DNA of 49,763 nucleotides from Candidatus Doudnabacteria bacterium (lineage in GTDB: Bacteria > Patescibacteriota > Doudnabacteria > UBA920), in NCBI GenBank assembly GCA_003151625.1, contig PLYC01000023.1, forward strand, positions 416-50,178, given 5' to 3'. The stretch's first letter is position 1. Each line of letters opens with the position of its first letter. Made by a program: the position numbers and the translations under genes. The notes under the pieces are model-generated. The model was not told the origin of the DNA and did not search any database. It saw only the letters and a list, made by a program, of their open reading frames with translations. Shown piece after piece: positions 1 to 9,820 of this stretch.

Positions 1-227
1 AATTGATTTATTTTCCACGTGCTACTGAGATGTTTCACTTCGCACGGTTCCCGCATACTATACCCCACGGCATAGCAGCATGTACTCTTCCAGTACATGG
101 GTTTCCCCATTCGGACATCCACGGATCAAAGCTTATTGCCAGCTCCCCGAGGCTTTTCGCAGGCTATCACGTCCTTCATCGGCTCATATTACCTAGGCAT
201 CCACCGTATACCCTTATATATTTTATA
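1..227 (-). rRNA. rrl: 23S rRNA, 5' portion (runs off the left edge)
   Basis: Minus strand reads AAGGGTATACGGTGGATGCCTAGG...CCGATGAAGGACGTG...CCGAATGGGGAAACCC...GAAGTGAAACATCTCAGTAGC, the conserved 23S 5' domain. The 5' end is estimated by alignment to the canonical start. Confidence 0.97.
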
Positions 228-362
228 TTCTACATTCAATATTAACTAGCAATTTGTGACCGCGATTTTTCAATCACGATTAAACTGCGTAAGGATACAA
301 TGTTACTTACTACTTATAACTCATAAAATTTCGGCAAGAAATTTAATGAGTGAATGAACTTA

Positions 363-466
363 TTTACCCAGCACCAATTTTAGCCTTTTTTAAAAGCCAA
401 AATTATTCCGAATTTTCACAAACTTATCAATAAAGATAAATTGATGAAAATTGGTGCTAGGGTTTA
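363..466. repeat. TTTACCC...GGGTTTA inverted-repeat element (family A, copy 1) in the 23S leader
   Basis: TTTACCCAGCACCAATTTT ... AAAATTGGTGCTAGGGTTTA; same termini as 7691-7736 and 10505-10612. Confidence 0.7.
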
Positions 467-520
467 TCTACCCATAAGTCAACCAAGTCTGATTCTATAC
501 TTGGCGACTTATTTTATTTA

Positions 521-533
521 ATTTTTAAAGATC
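521..533 (-). promoter_or_regulatory. boxA-like rRNA antitermination motif
   Basis: Minus strand GATCTTTAAAAAT, about 300 nt upstream of 23S; resembles the rrn boxA core (GYTCTTTAANA). Confidence 0.55.
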
Positions 534-691
534 GTGTTGTGTAATCCGCTGATTTACTTATTCAATATGGGATTGTCTGTAGGTGGACTAACAACCAAAT
601 AGCTACTGCCCCGCGAGAATCTGCGAGCCTGATACCCAAAGTAAATTGGTATGCTGAGATCTGTGAGCAGTATTTATTTAGTTGCTATTTT

Positions 692-702
692 AGTTAAAGA
701 AC
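692..702 (-). promoter_or_regulatory. second boxA-like motif
   Basis: Minus strand GTTCTTTAACT, shortly after the leader terminator. Confidence 0.55.
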
Positions 703-776
703 TTGATTTTATATTCGCAGCCATTCATTGATTAGTTTCATTGATTAGTTTCATTCGCAGATCGATACATTTCAAC

Positions 777-796
777 AAAAAAACCGCTTTCGCGGT
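777..796 (-). terminator. intrinsic terminator (attenuator) in the 23S leader
   Basis: ACCGC-GAAA-GCGGT followed by TTTTTT on the minus strand; its 5' arm can alternatively pair with 826-837. Confidence 0.75.
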
Positions 797-824
797 CATG
801 TAGGGCACAATTTAAATTGGCCGT

Positions 825-869
825 TTACATAAACCGCAGATTGCTTAAGATTAAGTTTAGTTTTAACAT
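825..869 (-). CDS. putative 14-aa leader peptide MLKLNLILSNLRFM
   Basis: ATG TTA AAA CTA AAC TTA ATC TTA AGC AAT CTG CGG TTT ATG TAA; SD AAAGGAG (878-884) lies 8 nt upstream, just after the promoter. Confidence 0.65.
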   Translation of the reverse strand: MLKLNLILSNLRFM

Positions 870-899
870 AGACTTTGCTCCTTTATTAAGCGTATAGCT

Positions 900-928
900 A
901 TTTTAAATCATTCGGGCTTTGGTGTCAA
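900..928 (-). promoter_or_regulatory. sigma70 promoter for the leader/23S transcript
   Basis: TTGACA-17 nt-TAAAAT on the minus strand, with an AT-rich UP-like tract upstream. Confidence 0.8.
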
Positions 929-1154
929 GGGGAATTTGATTAAAAAAATGTTATTATTTTTGCCTTATTTAAAGGCTTTTTTTAAGCCCTAAAAAGACTC
1001 TTCCACACCTTTCCCACAGTTTCAAATGCAGAATGTTGAATGATGATTTCAGAATGACTGCAATTATGCTGCATTCTGCATTCTAAATTCTGCATTTCTT
1101 GTATTTGACTCTCTCTGCGTTCTGTATTATTTTTCGCAGAAGGAGGACGCAAAC

Positions 1155-1553
1155 ATGAGCGTCAAAATCGACTTTCGCACAGTCAACAACGGACTGTGCT
1201 GGATATGGCCGGACGGATCACCTTGGGTGAAGGATCGCGTCTTTTTCGCGAAGCCATACAAACCGCGGTCTTTGGAAGGCCATTGACCGAAGCATAATTC
1301 GAAGGAAAAGCTGCAAAGCCACCCGGTAAGGCAGTTAATTTACTGCTCAATCTTTCTTTCGGACGTGACCTACATGGACAGTTCCGGAAAGGGGGAGTTG
1401 GTCTCCGGCTTCACATTAGTCGTCAATAATGGTGGCCAGCTACAACTGCTCAACCCTGTCGGGCGTGTCAGGGACGAATTGCAAATGAGCAAATTCAATA
1501 CCGTCTTCAAAATCCACAAAGACGAAGCCGCCGCAATCCGCTCCTTTCAGTAG
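1155..1553 (+). pseudogene. STAS-domain anti-sigma factor antagonist, disrupted
   Basis: AGGAGG SD then ATG. Pieced across frames it reads MSVKIDFRTV/TVLDMAGRITLGEGSRLFREAI...*...LLLNLS/DVTYMDSSGKGELVSGFT...LLN...DEAAAIRSF: two frameshifts, one internal TAA, and the STAS DSSG motif. Confidence 0.8.
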
Positions 1554-1590
1554 GAGCACGCTATGACCCCCGTACCGCAAACCGCGGGCC

Positions 1591-1630
1591 GCAAGCATCA
1601 CCCCGATGTGCGGCCCGCTTTACTTTTTTT
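1591..1630 (+). terminator. intrinsic terminator after the STAS pseudogene
   Basis: GCGGGCCGCA...TGCGGCCCGC followed by a T-rich tract. Confidence 0.6.
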
Positions 1631-1747
1631 CAAACTAATATATAACGACCTGTAAAATTCACGGCCGTGAAAATCACAGGTCTTTTTTTGACTTCTAATT
1701 TTATTTTACGTTTTAGATACAATTGTAGCTAAAACGTAAAAAGGTTA

Positions 1748-3049
1748 TTATTGCTTCCTTACCAGCCAATCCCCTTTAGCCACCCACTTGTACGACGTTA
1801 AAGCTTCCATCCCCATTGGACCGCGGGCGTGGAGTTTTTGAGTGCTTATGCCCGCTTCCGCGCCCATGCCGAATTCCCCACCATCGGTAAAACGGGTAGA
1901 GGCGTTTTGGTAAACCACAGCCGCGTCAACTTCGTTTAAAAAGCGCGCGATGTGTTTTGGGTTTTTGGATAAAATACTTTCGGAATGCCCGGAAGTCTTT
2001 TGTTTAACAAAGGCCAAACCTTCCTCAAAACTCCCAACCGTTTTTATGGACATTTTTAAAGACAAAAATTCTTTGCCAAAATCTGTAGGCTTGGCTTTGC
2101 GCAGGAACTTCATCGGATAAACATTCTTTAATATCCGATACGATTCGTCATCGGCAAAAATCTCCACGTATCGTTGCCCAATGGGCACCATTGCGCAGCG
2201 CAATGGTGCCCATTGGCTGAAAGCGATAAACTTTTTTGCCAATTCCGACATAACCGCGTTCAAAGATTTACGATGAATAACCACAGTATCCAAAGCATTA
2301 CAAACGTCCGGGCGCTGGGCTTTAGCGTTCACGATTATGTCCGCAGCTTTGGCAACATTTACATCGGCATCCACAAAAATGTGGCAAACGCCGGCGCCGG
2401 TTTCTATAATCGGCAGGCGAGAATTTTTTATTACCCATTCAATAAGGCCTTGGCTCCCGCGCGGAACGAGCACATCTACCAAACCGTGCGCGTTTAACAA
2501 AACTTTTTGCCAATTTTCTTTTGAATCAATCAAACAAACCAAATTAGGCGACAGTCGATGTTTTGCCAAAGCTTGATGTATGAGCGAGACCAAAACTTTA
2601 TTGGTCCGATAAGCCTCGCTTCCGCCTTTTAAAACCAAAGCATTGCCTGTCTTTATGGCCAAGGCCGCCAAGTCTATTGTCACATTGGGTCTGGATTCGT
2701 ATATTACCGCGACCACCCCCAAAGGCACGCTAATTTTGGAAAGATGAAGCCCATTTTTTAAATCTTTCTTTTCCAAAATTTTATTTAACGAATCCGGTAG
2801 CTTAGTTAAAGCTTGTAGACCTTGTTCCATCGATAACAATCGTTTGTCGTTTAAAACCAACCGATCATGCATGTCCACGCGCTGCAAATTTTTTAAATCC
2901 TGGTCATTGGCAGACAAAATCTTTCTCTTATTTTTTTCCAATAATTCCGCCGCGCTAATTAAGATTTTATTCCTTTCGGCCAAACTTAAAAGCGCCAAAC
3001 TCGGTTGGTATTTTTTTGCATTCTGTAATTTAACCAACAAATTATTCAT
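1748..3049 (-). CDS. proA: gamma-glutamyl phosphate reductase
   Basis: VPLGVVAVIYESRPNVT, LKGGSEA, ETGAGVCH, CNALDT, NASTRFTDGGEFGMGAE, STQKLHARGPMG motifs. Confidence 0.97.
   Translation of the reverse strand: MNNLLVKLQNAKKYQPSLALLSLAERNKILISAAELLEKNKRKILSANDQDLKNLQRVDMHDRLVLNDKRLLSMEQGLQALTKLPDSLNKILEKKDLKNGLHLSKISVPLGVVAVIYESRPNVTIDLAALAIKTGNALVLKGGSEAYRTNKVLVSLIHQALAKHRLSPNLVCLIDSKENWQKVLLNAHGLVDVLVPRGSQGLIEWVIKNSRLPIIETGAGVCHIFVDADVNVAKAADIIVNAKAQRPDVCNALDTVVIHRKSLNAVMSELAKKFIAFSQWAPLRCAMVPIGQRYVEIFADDESYRILKNVYPMKFLRKAKPTDFGKEFLSLKMSIKTVGSFEEGLAFVKQKTSGHSESILSKNPKHIARFLNEVDAAVVYQNASTRFTDGGEFGMGAEAGISTQKLHARGPMGMEALTSYKWVAKGDWLVRKQ
2178..2216. repeat. perfect 39-bp palindrome in frame within proA (family B)
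   Basis: CCAATGGGCACCATTGCGC-A-GCGCAATGGTGCCCATTGG. Confidence 0.9.
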
Positions 3050-3815
3050 TACTAATCTCCCTGGCTCTTTTTTGCGCCGCTGTTACGGCTTTTAAAATTA
3101 TTTTGTGCAGGTCTTGTTTGCTAAAAACTTTTAAAGCCTGCTCTGTAGTGCCTCTTTTAGAAGCCACTCTTTGGATTAAATCTGCGTAACTGTTTCCCCG
3201 CTGGAGCATTGCCGAGGCCAAAAAAGTTTTTTCCGTAATTTCCCTGGCCTGCTTTGGGCTGAAACCTAAATTTAAAGCGGCTTTTTCCAAGCCCTGGGCA
3301 AAATAGAAAAAATAAGCCGGTCCGCAGCCTGAAATAGCGGTAACGGCGTCAATTTGGGACTCGGTTTTAACTTCAAAATTTTGGCTAATGCTGTCTAAAA
3401 CTTTTTTTACCGAGGCTTTTTCGCTTTTTTGCAAATCGGAAGCTTTCCAACCCGCCACGCCCAAACCAACCGACAAACCTAAGTTAGGCATTAACCGAAT
3501 AACTTTCTTGTGGGAAAAAAGTTTTTGAATGGTGCTAATTTTTACGCCGGCGGCTATGGAAATTAAAACAGCGGGAGATTTAAGTCCGGCTTCAATACTC
3601 AAATCGGCAAGCTGATAGGGTTTAACGGCCAAAATTACGTAATCGGCCTGTTTAAGATTCTCCAAACTTTTGACCGCGTAAATTTTTGCATTTTTCTCCA
3701 AATCTCGGGCTTTAACGTACGTCTTATTATAGACAAAAACCTTTTGGCCTTTTTTGGCCAAATTCTTAGCAATCGCGCTACCCATCACGCCTGTCCCAAT
3801 AATGTAAATAATCAT
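3042..3815 (-). CDS. proC: pyrroline-5-carboxylate reductase
   Basis: IIGTGVMGSAI Rossmann motif, LAVKP, ISIAAGV, RLMPN, TAISGCGPAY, VASKRGTT. Confidence 0.95.
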   Translation of the reverse strand: MIIYIIGTGVMGSAIAKNLAKKGQKVFVYNKTYVKARDLEKNAKIYAVKSLENLKQADYVILAVKPYQLADLSIEAGLKSPAVLISIAAGVKISTIQKLFSHKKVIRLMPNLGLSVGLGVAGWKASDLQKSEKASVKKVLDSISQNFEVKTESQIDAVTAISGCGPAYFFYFAQGLEKAALNLGFSPKQAREITEKTFLASAMLQRGNSYADLIQRVASKRGTTEQALKVFSKQDLHKIILKAVTAAQKRAREISNE

Positions 3816-3888
3816 AAGTTGAAAGTTGAAAGTTGAAAGTTGAAAGTTGAAAGTAACTTATTACTTACCAACTTATTCACTTACAACT
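3816..3888. repeat. heptamer tandem repeat (AAGTTGA)x5 with a degenerate complementary arm
   Basis: Five exact units at 3816-3850 followed by ACTTA-containing units; fills the proB-proC gap. Confidence 0.85.
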
Positions 3889-4963
3889 ATTTAAGAATTA
3901 TCATATAATCGCAATGGATGACTTCTTTTTTAATAACAACTTTAACAGATCCGCCGCTGTGTTTTAACAATAGCGCTGCTTGTAAATCTTTATCGCTATA
4001 ATTTATTTTGCCATAACTTACAATTTCCCCGCCCGAAGCGACTTCCACAATTGAGCCGGGCTCAAAAAACCCTTTTATTGCCAAGACACCGGGCATTAGC
4101 AAACTCTTGCCCTGGCGCAGAGCATCGGCCGCGCCGGAATCTACAATAATTTGTCCAAACCCCTTACTGGCCATAAGCCAGCGCTTTTGTTCGTTTAAAT
4201 TTCCTACCGCGCAGGAAATAAAACGCGTGCCGACAATTTCCCCGCCTTCCAAAATCCGTTTAATAATATGGCGCTCCCGGCCGTCGGCAATAAAAGTAGT
4301 CACGCCCGCAAACACAGCCTGCTGGGCGGCTTTAACTTTGCTAATCATTCCTCCCCGGCCGGACTCCGACATTGTCTTACTGCACAAACGCTCTATTTCC
4401 TTGTCGACTCTGGTGACAACGGAAATAAGTTTGGCGTCCTTATCTTTATGTGGATCTCCCGAAAGTAAACCGGGTTGGTTGGTTAGGAGCAAAAGAACAT
4501 CTGCCTTAACCGCAATAGCCAGCATTGCCGCCAGGGAGTCGTTGTCGCCAAAATTTAAAGATGACGCCGCGACCACATCATTTTCATTAACCACGGGAAT
4601 TACGCCAGCCTCAAAAAAACCGGTTAAGCTGGCTGTGGCGTTATTATACATTTCGCGGCTAAAAAAATCACTTTTGGAAAGCAGGCACTGCCCGGTTTGA
4701 AGGCCAACAGCCTTAAAACTTGTTTCGTAAGATTTCATTAAAAGCGGCTGGCCAATAGCCGCCAAAACTTTCCGATGCACGGAACTTAAAGCTGGGGCCA
4801 AAATTTTGCCGGCCGCTACCGCTCCCGAAGTTATTAAAACCACTTCGTGCCCGCTATTCTTTAAACTTAATACATCCTGGGCAATATCCAAAAGCTTGCC
4901 CGTATCCAAACCGCCCTTTGGGGTAATTATTACATTTGTTCCGATTTTGAGGACTATTCGTAT
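3887..4963 (-). CDS. proB: glutamate 5-kinase with PUA domain (start uncertain: ATA at 4963 or TTG at 5011)
   Basis: RIVLKIGT, ITSGAVAAG, AAIGQ, IPVVNENDVV, FGDNDSLAA, GRGGMISKVKAA, C-terminal PUA (VDSGAADAL...SLL). Confidence 0.95.
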   Translation of the reverse strand: MRIVLKIGTNVIITPKGGLDTGKLLDIAQDVLSLKNSGHEVVLITSGAVAAGKILAPALSSVHRKVLAAIGQPLLMKSYETSFKAVGLQTGQCLLSKSDFFSREMYNNATASLTGFFEAGVIPVVNENDVVAASSLNFGDNDSLAAMLAIAVKADVLLLLTNQPGLLSGDPHKDKDAKLISVVTRVDKEIERLCSKTMSESGRGGMISKVKAAQQAVFAGVTTFIADGRERHIIKRILEGGEIVGTRFISCAVGNLNEQKRWLMASKGFGQIIVDSGAADALRQGKSLLMPGVLAIKGFFEPGSIVEVASGGEIVSYGKINYSDKDLQAALLLKHSGGSVKVVIKKEVIHCDYMIILK

Positions 4964-4973
4964 AAATTTATAA

Positions 4974-5216
4974 TTAAAAATTCCTATAAATATTTTCGTT
5001 GCGCAACCCAACTTCCAAAACAGATAAACCTTCGCGATTCATCCTAAAAATAATTCTCAGTCTGCCGTGTTTAACCCGAAAGACATCCTTATGACCTTTT
5101 AGTTTTGCCAAATCCAAACCCAAAAAATTCCTCTCGTATAATCTAACCATTAAGGAATCAAAGACCGCCCTATGTTCTTTGGCCAGCTTTGCTATGGCTT
5201 TTTGGAGTTCGTCCAT
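4974..5216 (-). CDS. RelE/ParE-family toxin
   Basis: 80 aa, basic; KLKGHKDVFRVKHGRLRIIF...RNENIY pattern; overlaps the upstream antitoxin. Confidence 0.75.
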   Translation of the reverse strand: MDELQKAIAKLAKEHRAVFDSLMVRLYERNFLGLDLAKLKGHKDVFRVKHGRLRIIFRMNREGLSVLEVGLRNENIYRNF

Positions 5217-5442
5217 AATGTATAGCCCCTAGAATTTCTTCAACAGGGACTCCACCTTTTTTTATTTTTGTAAAGTCTATTAAGGTTTCCCAGTTTTCTT
5301 CTTCGTCAACAGGAGTAATCCTAAATAAAGGTTTGGACTGCTTAACTACAATAAAAGATTCGCCCCGCGCCACCTTAGTAGCATACTCGCCCATTTTTTC
5401 CCTTAAAAGCTTTAAACCAATAATTTTTGGAGAATATTTCAT
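5170..5442 (-). CDS. Phd/YefM-family antitoxin
   Basis: IGLKLLREKMGEYATKVARGESFIVVKQSKPLFRITPV matches the Phd N-terminal pattern. Confidence 0.8.
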   Translation of the reverse strand: MKYSPKIIGLKLLREKMGEYATKVARGESFIVVKQSKPLFRITPVDEEENWETLIDFTKIKKGGVPVEEILGAIHYGRTPKSHSKAGQRT

Positions 5443-5457
5443 AATTGTAAAATTAAT

Positions 5458-5497
5458 AGATTATCTTTAGTTTATCTTAAGATAATCTTTATGTCAA
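5458..5497 (-). promoter_or_regulatory. TA promoter with overlapping palindromic operator
   Basis: TTGACA-17-TAAACT, overlapped by TTATCTTAAGATAA and AGATTATCT/AGATAATCT repeats. Confidence 0.65.
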
Positions 5498-5563
5498 AGG
5501 CATTTTTTATTATCATCCTGATCCACAGCGCTTCGAAACTCTTTAGCCAGATTTTAAATACCT

Positions 5564-7633
<2,070 letters not shown>

Positions 7634-7690
7634 TTACTCAATAATTATAGCATTTTTTGGTTTTTTTGATAATTACCAGTTGTAGTTAGG

Positions 7691-7736
7691 TTTACCCCCA
7701 CACCAATTTGTTCAGACAAATTGGTGTGGGGGTTTA
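7691..7736. repeat. family A palindrome, copy 2
   Basis: ACCCCCACACCAATTTGT-TCAG-ACAAATTGGTGTGGGGGT with TTTA at both ends. Confidence 0.85.
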
Positions 7737-7828
7737 TCCACAATGCAAGGCTCTCCAATTTGTGGTAGAATAGAGTTAAAGTGAGTGTTAAAATGATAAA
7801 ATTTAAAAAATAAACAGGACTTTATAGA

Positions 7829-8221
7829 ATGCCTTTCCGCAACAAAAAATTTGAACTTTCACCCAGGCTCAAACTCGGCATTGGCAGAGGCTATTCTCAA
7901 AACCAAATACTCAAATTTTCCGCTATTGTTTGTTTAACGTTAGCCCTTGTGCTAACTGCCAATGCTTTTAGACTGGTGCTTAAAGATAAAAGCCACGCGG
8001 ATAGCAACTCACAGAACCCCCAAGTTTTGGGTGCCACGGACGTTAAACAGCCAAATAGCCAAAGCGGGATGCAGTTTACAGCCTACAAGGTTTTGCAAGG
8101 AGATACTCTGTTTAACATCAGCCAAAAATTCAATATTGACTGGACCACGCTGGCAACCCTAAATAACCTTAAAAGTCCCTTTACCCTCAAACTCGGACAG
8201 ACTATCAACATTCCAAAATAA
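7829..8221 (+). CDS. membrane-anchored LysM domain protein
   Basis: One TM segment, then YKVLQGDTLFNISQKFNIDWTTLATLNNL...LKLGQTINIP. Confidence 0.9.
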   Translation: MPFRNKKFELSPRLKLGIGRGYSQNQILKFSAIVCLTLALVLTANAFRLVLKDKSHADSNSQNPQVLGATDVKQPNSQSGMQFTAYKVLQGDTLFNISQKFNIDWTTLATLNNLKSPFTLKLGQTINIPK

Positions 8222-8376
8222 TTCCAGCACCTTTTTGTCCGGATATTACACCCCCGCAGGAAGATTATTACTCAACCATTCATCCCCGCAGCAGAGCTAC
8301 GGGGTATTTTGGAAGGTGTGGGATAAAAGGAGACTAAAGCATGGGACTGTTAACTGAATCTGTTGGTGGATAAATC

Positions 8377-8404
8377 AAAATCGCCTGTAGCTACAGGCGA
8401 TTTT
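8377..8404. terminator. probable bidirectional terminator between convergent genes
   Basis: Perfect palindrome AAAATCGCCTGTAGCTACAGGCGATTTT. Confidence 0.6.
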
Positions 8405-8443
8405 GTGTATTTTCAGAATACTATTTTATTTAATTACAACTCA

Positions 8444-9820
8444 TCAATTAGGAACAAAGGTCACATCTGCCTGGCCTAAGGTTTGGGAGTTGTAGGCGTT
8501 TATCGGGAAGGTATTATTGAACAAAGAAATACGTTCTTCGTTAATAGTAATATCGCTTGTAGTCACCGGAGTTGCTATATTGGAATTATTAACATAGAAC
8601 GAGCCACCACTTTCAGCCACCACATACGAAGTTCCGGCAGTTACATTGACCGGAGTAATGGATGATGAAACCCAGGTATAGGTCACGCTGGATATTGTAG
8701 TGCTGGCCAAGACTGTGCCGCTTATATTATACAAATAAACAGTATGAGAACCGGTGTCCGCGCCTCTGACCCAAAGCTTGGTAATTTGTCCGTTCTTGTT
8801 TGGGGTAAATTTATAGCCATATGTACCGCCCCCAAAGATTCCGTTGGAAGCGGCACCAGCAAGGGTAGTAAGTGGAGTTTGAGGCGGACCTCCAGTAGAG
8901 CCAGTCGAACCACCGTTATTGTTAGGCACCTCCACCTGAATTTTCCTGCCTATCGCCGCGTTTATGGTATTAATACTAACGGCGGTTTTCCCAGTATACG
9001 GCAAACCCTTCCCAACCAAACCAAGCTGGTCGGCATAAGTACTAATTTTTACATAAATGTCTGCACTGCCGCTGGGGTTGATTAAAATTAATTGTTGCTG
9101 TAAATTAGGATTTAAAGTCCAGTACTCGGAAGAATTATACCGGGTCATAGCCACACTGCCGTCGGTAAGTAGACTGCCGATGCTTGAGCCGTCTGGCGCA
9201 TTCCAATAACCCTGGGTCTTGTCCGGCTGAGTACATGGGATGGTTGGATAAGGCGTGATAGCTTTAGGGTCAAATTCGCACAAATAAGCATAAAGAGCAT
9301 CGTCACTGCCGTTGGTGGTAATATAGTTTACGGTTACCAACCCATAATTGCACGGTCCTGATCCGGCGGTAACATCACAAAAATCATATTTATTTAACGT
9401 AGTATTAAAAACGGAGCCTGCCTTAACAACAACGGTAACTATGGGTGTAGACGTAGCAAGTACTGTTGGAGTTCCATTTAGAGTTACATTGTTGGAAAAA
9501 TTGCTTATGTAGCAACTAGAGGTGCCGCTCGGGCAGGCATGCCTTTCTAAGTTAAAAAAGGCCTGCTCTCCTACTCCGGTCGCGGCATAGAGCGCTGGTT
9601 CGGTTTTTAGCAAATCACCCGAAGACCTGACTTCTATAAACATTATTGTCGCCAAACTAAAACTTATGGCCAAAACCGAAGACAAAATTAAAATCGCCAA
9701 GAGCAACGTTACCCCCGCTTGTCGAGAATCTTTAATCTTTAATCTTGGCACAGTCATTCGACGTGCCACCCCGACTAATGACTGGGGTGAATCTTGAATC
9801 CTATTGGTTTGGTATATCAT
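8444..9820 (-). CDS. PilX-like minor pilin with a C-terminal DUF4082-like beta domain
   Basis: QAG|VTLLLAILIL...ALYAA.G.E PilX N-terminus; Gly/Ser/Pro linker; YGYKFTP..NGQITKL...GTVLAS...TPVNVTAGTSYVV. Confidence 0.7.
   Translation of the reverse strand: MIYQTNRIQDSPQSLVGVARRMTVPRLKIKDSRQAGVTLLLAILILSSVLAISFSLATIMFIEVRSSGDLLKTEPALYAATGVGEQAFFNLERHACPSGTSSCYISNFSNNVTLNGTPTVLATSTPIVTVVVKAGSVFNTTLNKYDFCDVTAGSGPCNYGLVTVNYITTNGSDDALYAYLCEFDPKAITPYPTIPCTQPDKTQGYWNAPDGSSIGSLLTDGSVAMTRYNSSEYWTLNPNLQQQLILINPSGSADIYVKISTYADQLGLVGKGLPYTGKTAVSINTINAAIGRKIQVEVPNNNGGSTGSTGGPPQTPLTTLAGAASNGIFGGGTYGYKFTPNKNGQITKLWVRGADTGSHTVYLYNISGTVLASTTISSVTYTWVSSSITPVNVTAGTSYVVAESGGSFYVNNSNIATPVTTSDITINEERISLFNNTFPINAYNSQTLGQADVTFVPN

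Noticed and set aside
3-245. 80-aa plus-strand ORF
   Set aside because: Antisense to 23S rRNA; spurious.
825-869. Leu-rich leader as the attenuator of a leu/ilv operon
   Set aside because: No biosynthetic or transporter gene lies downstream; the next feature is 23S rRNA, though a relic of a deleted operon cannot be fully excluded.
3816-3854. Possible CRISPR array
   Set aside because: Contiguous 7-mers with no unique spacers; no cas genes or 25-45-bp spaced repeats seen in the window.
8284-8310. CCCCGCAGCAGAGCTACGGGGTATT hairpin as an IS end
   Set aside because: Single copy in the window and no transposase; cannot be supported.
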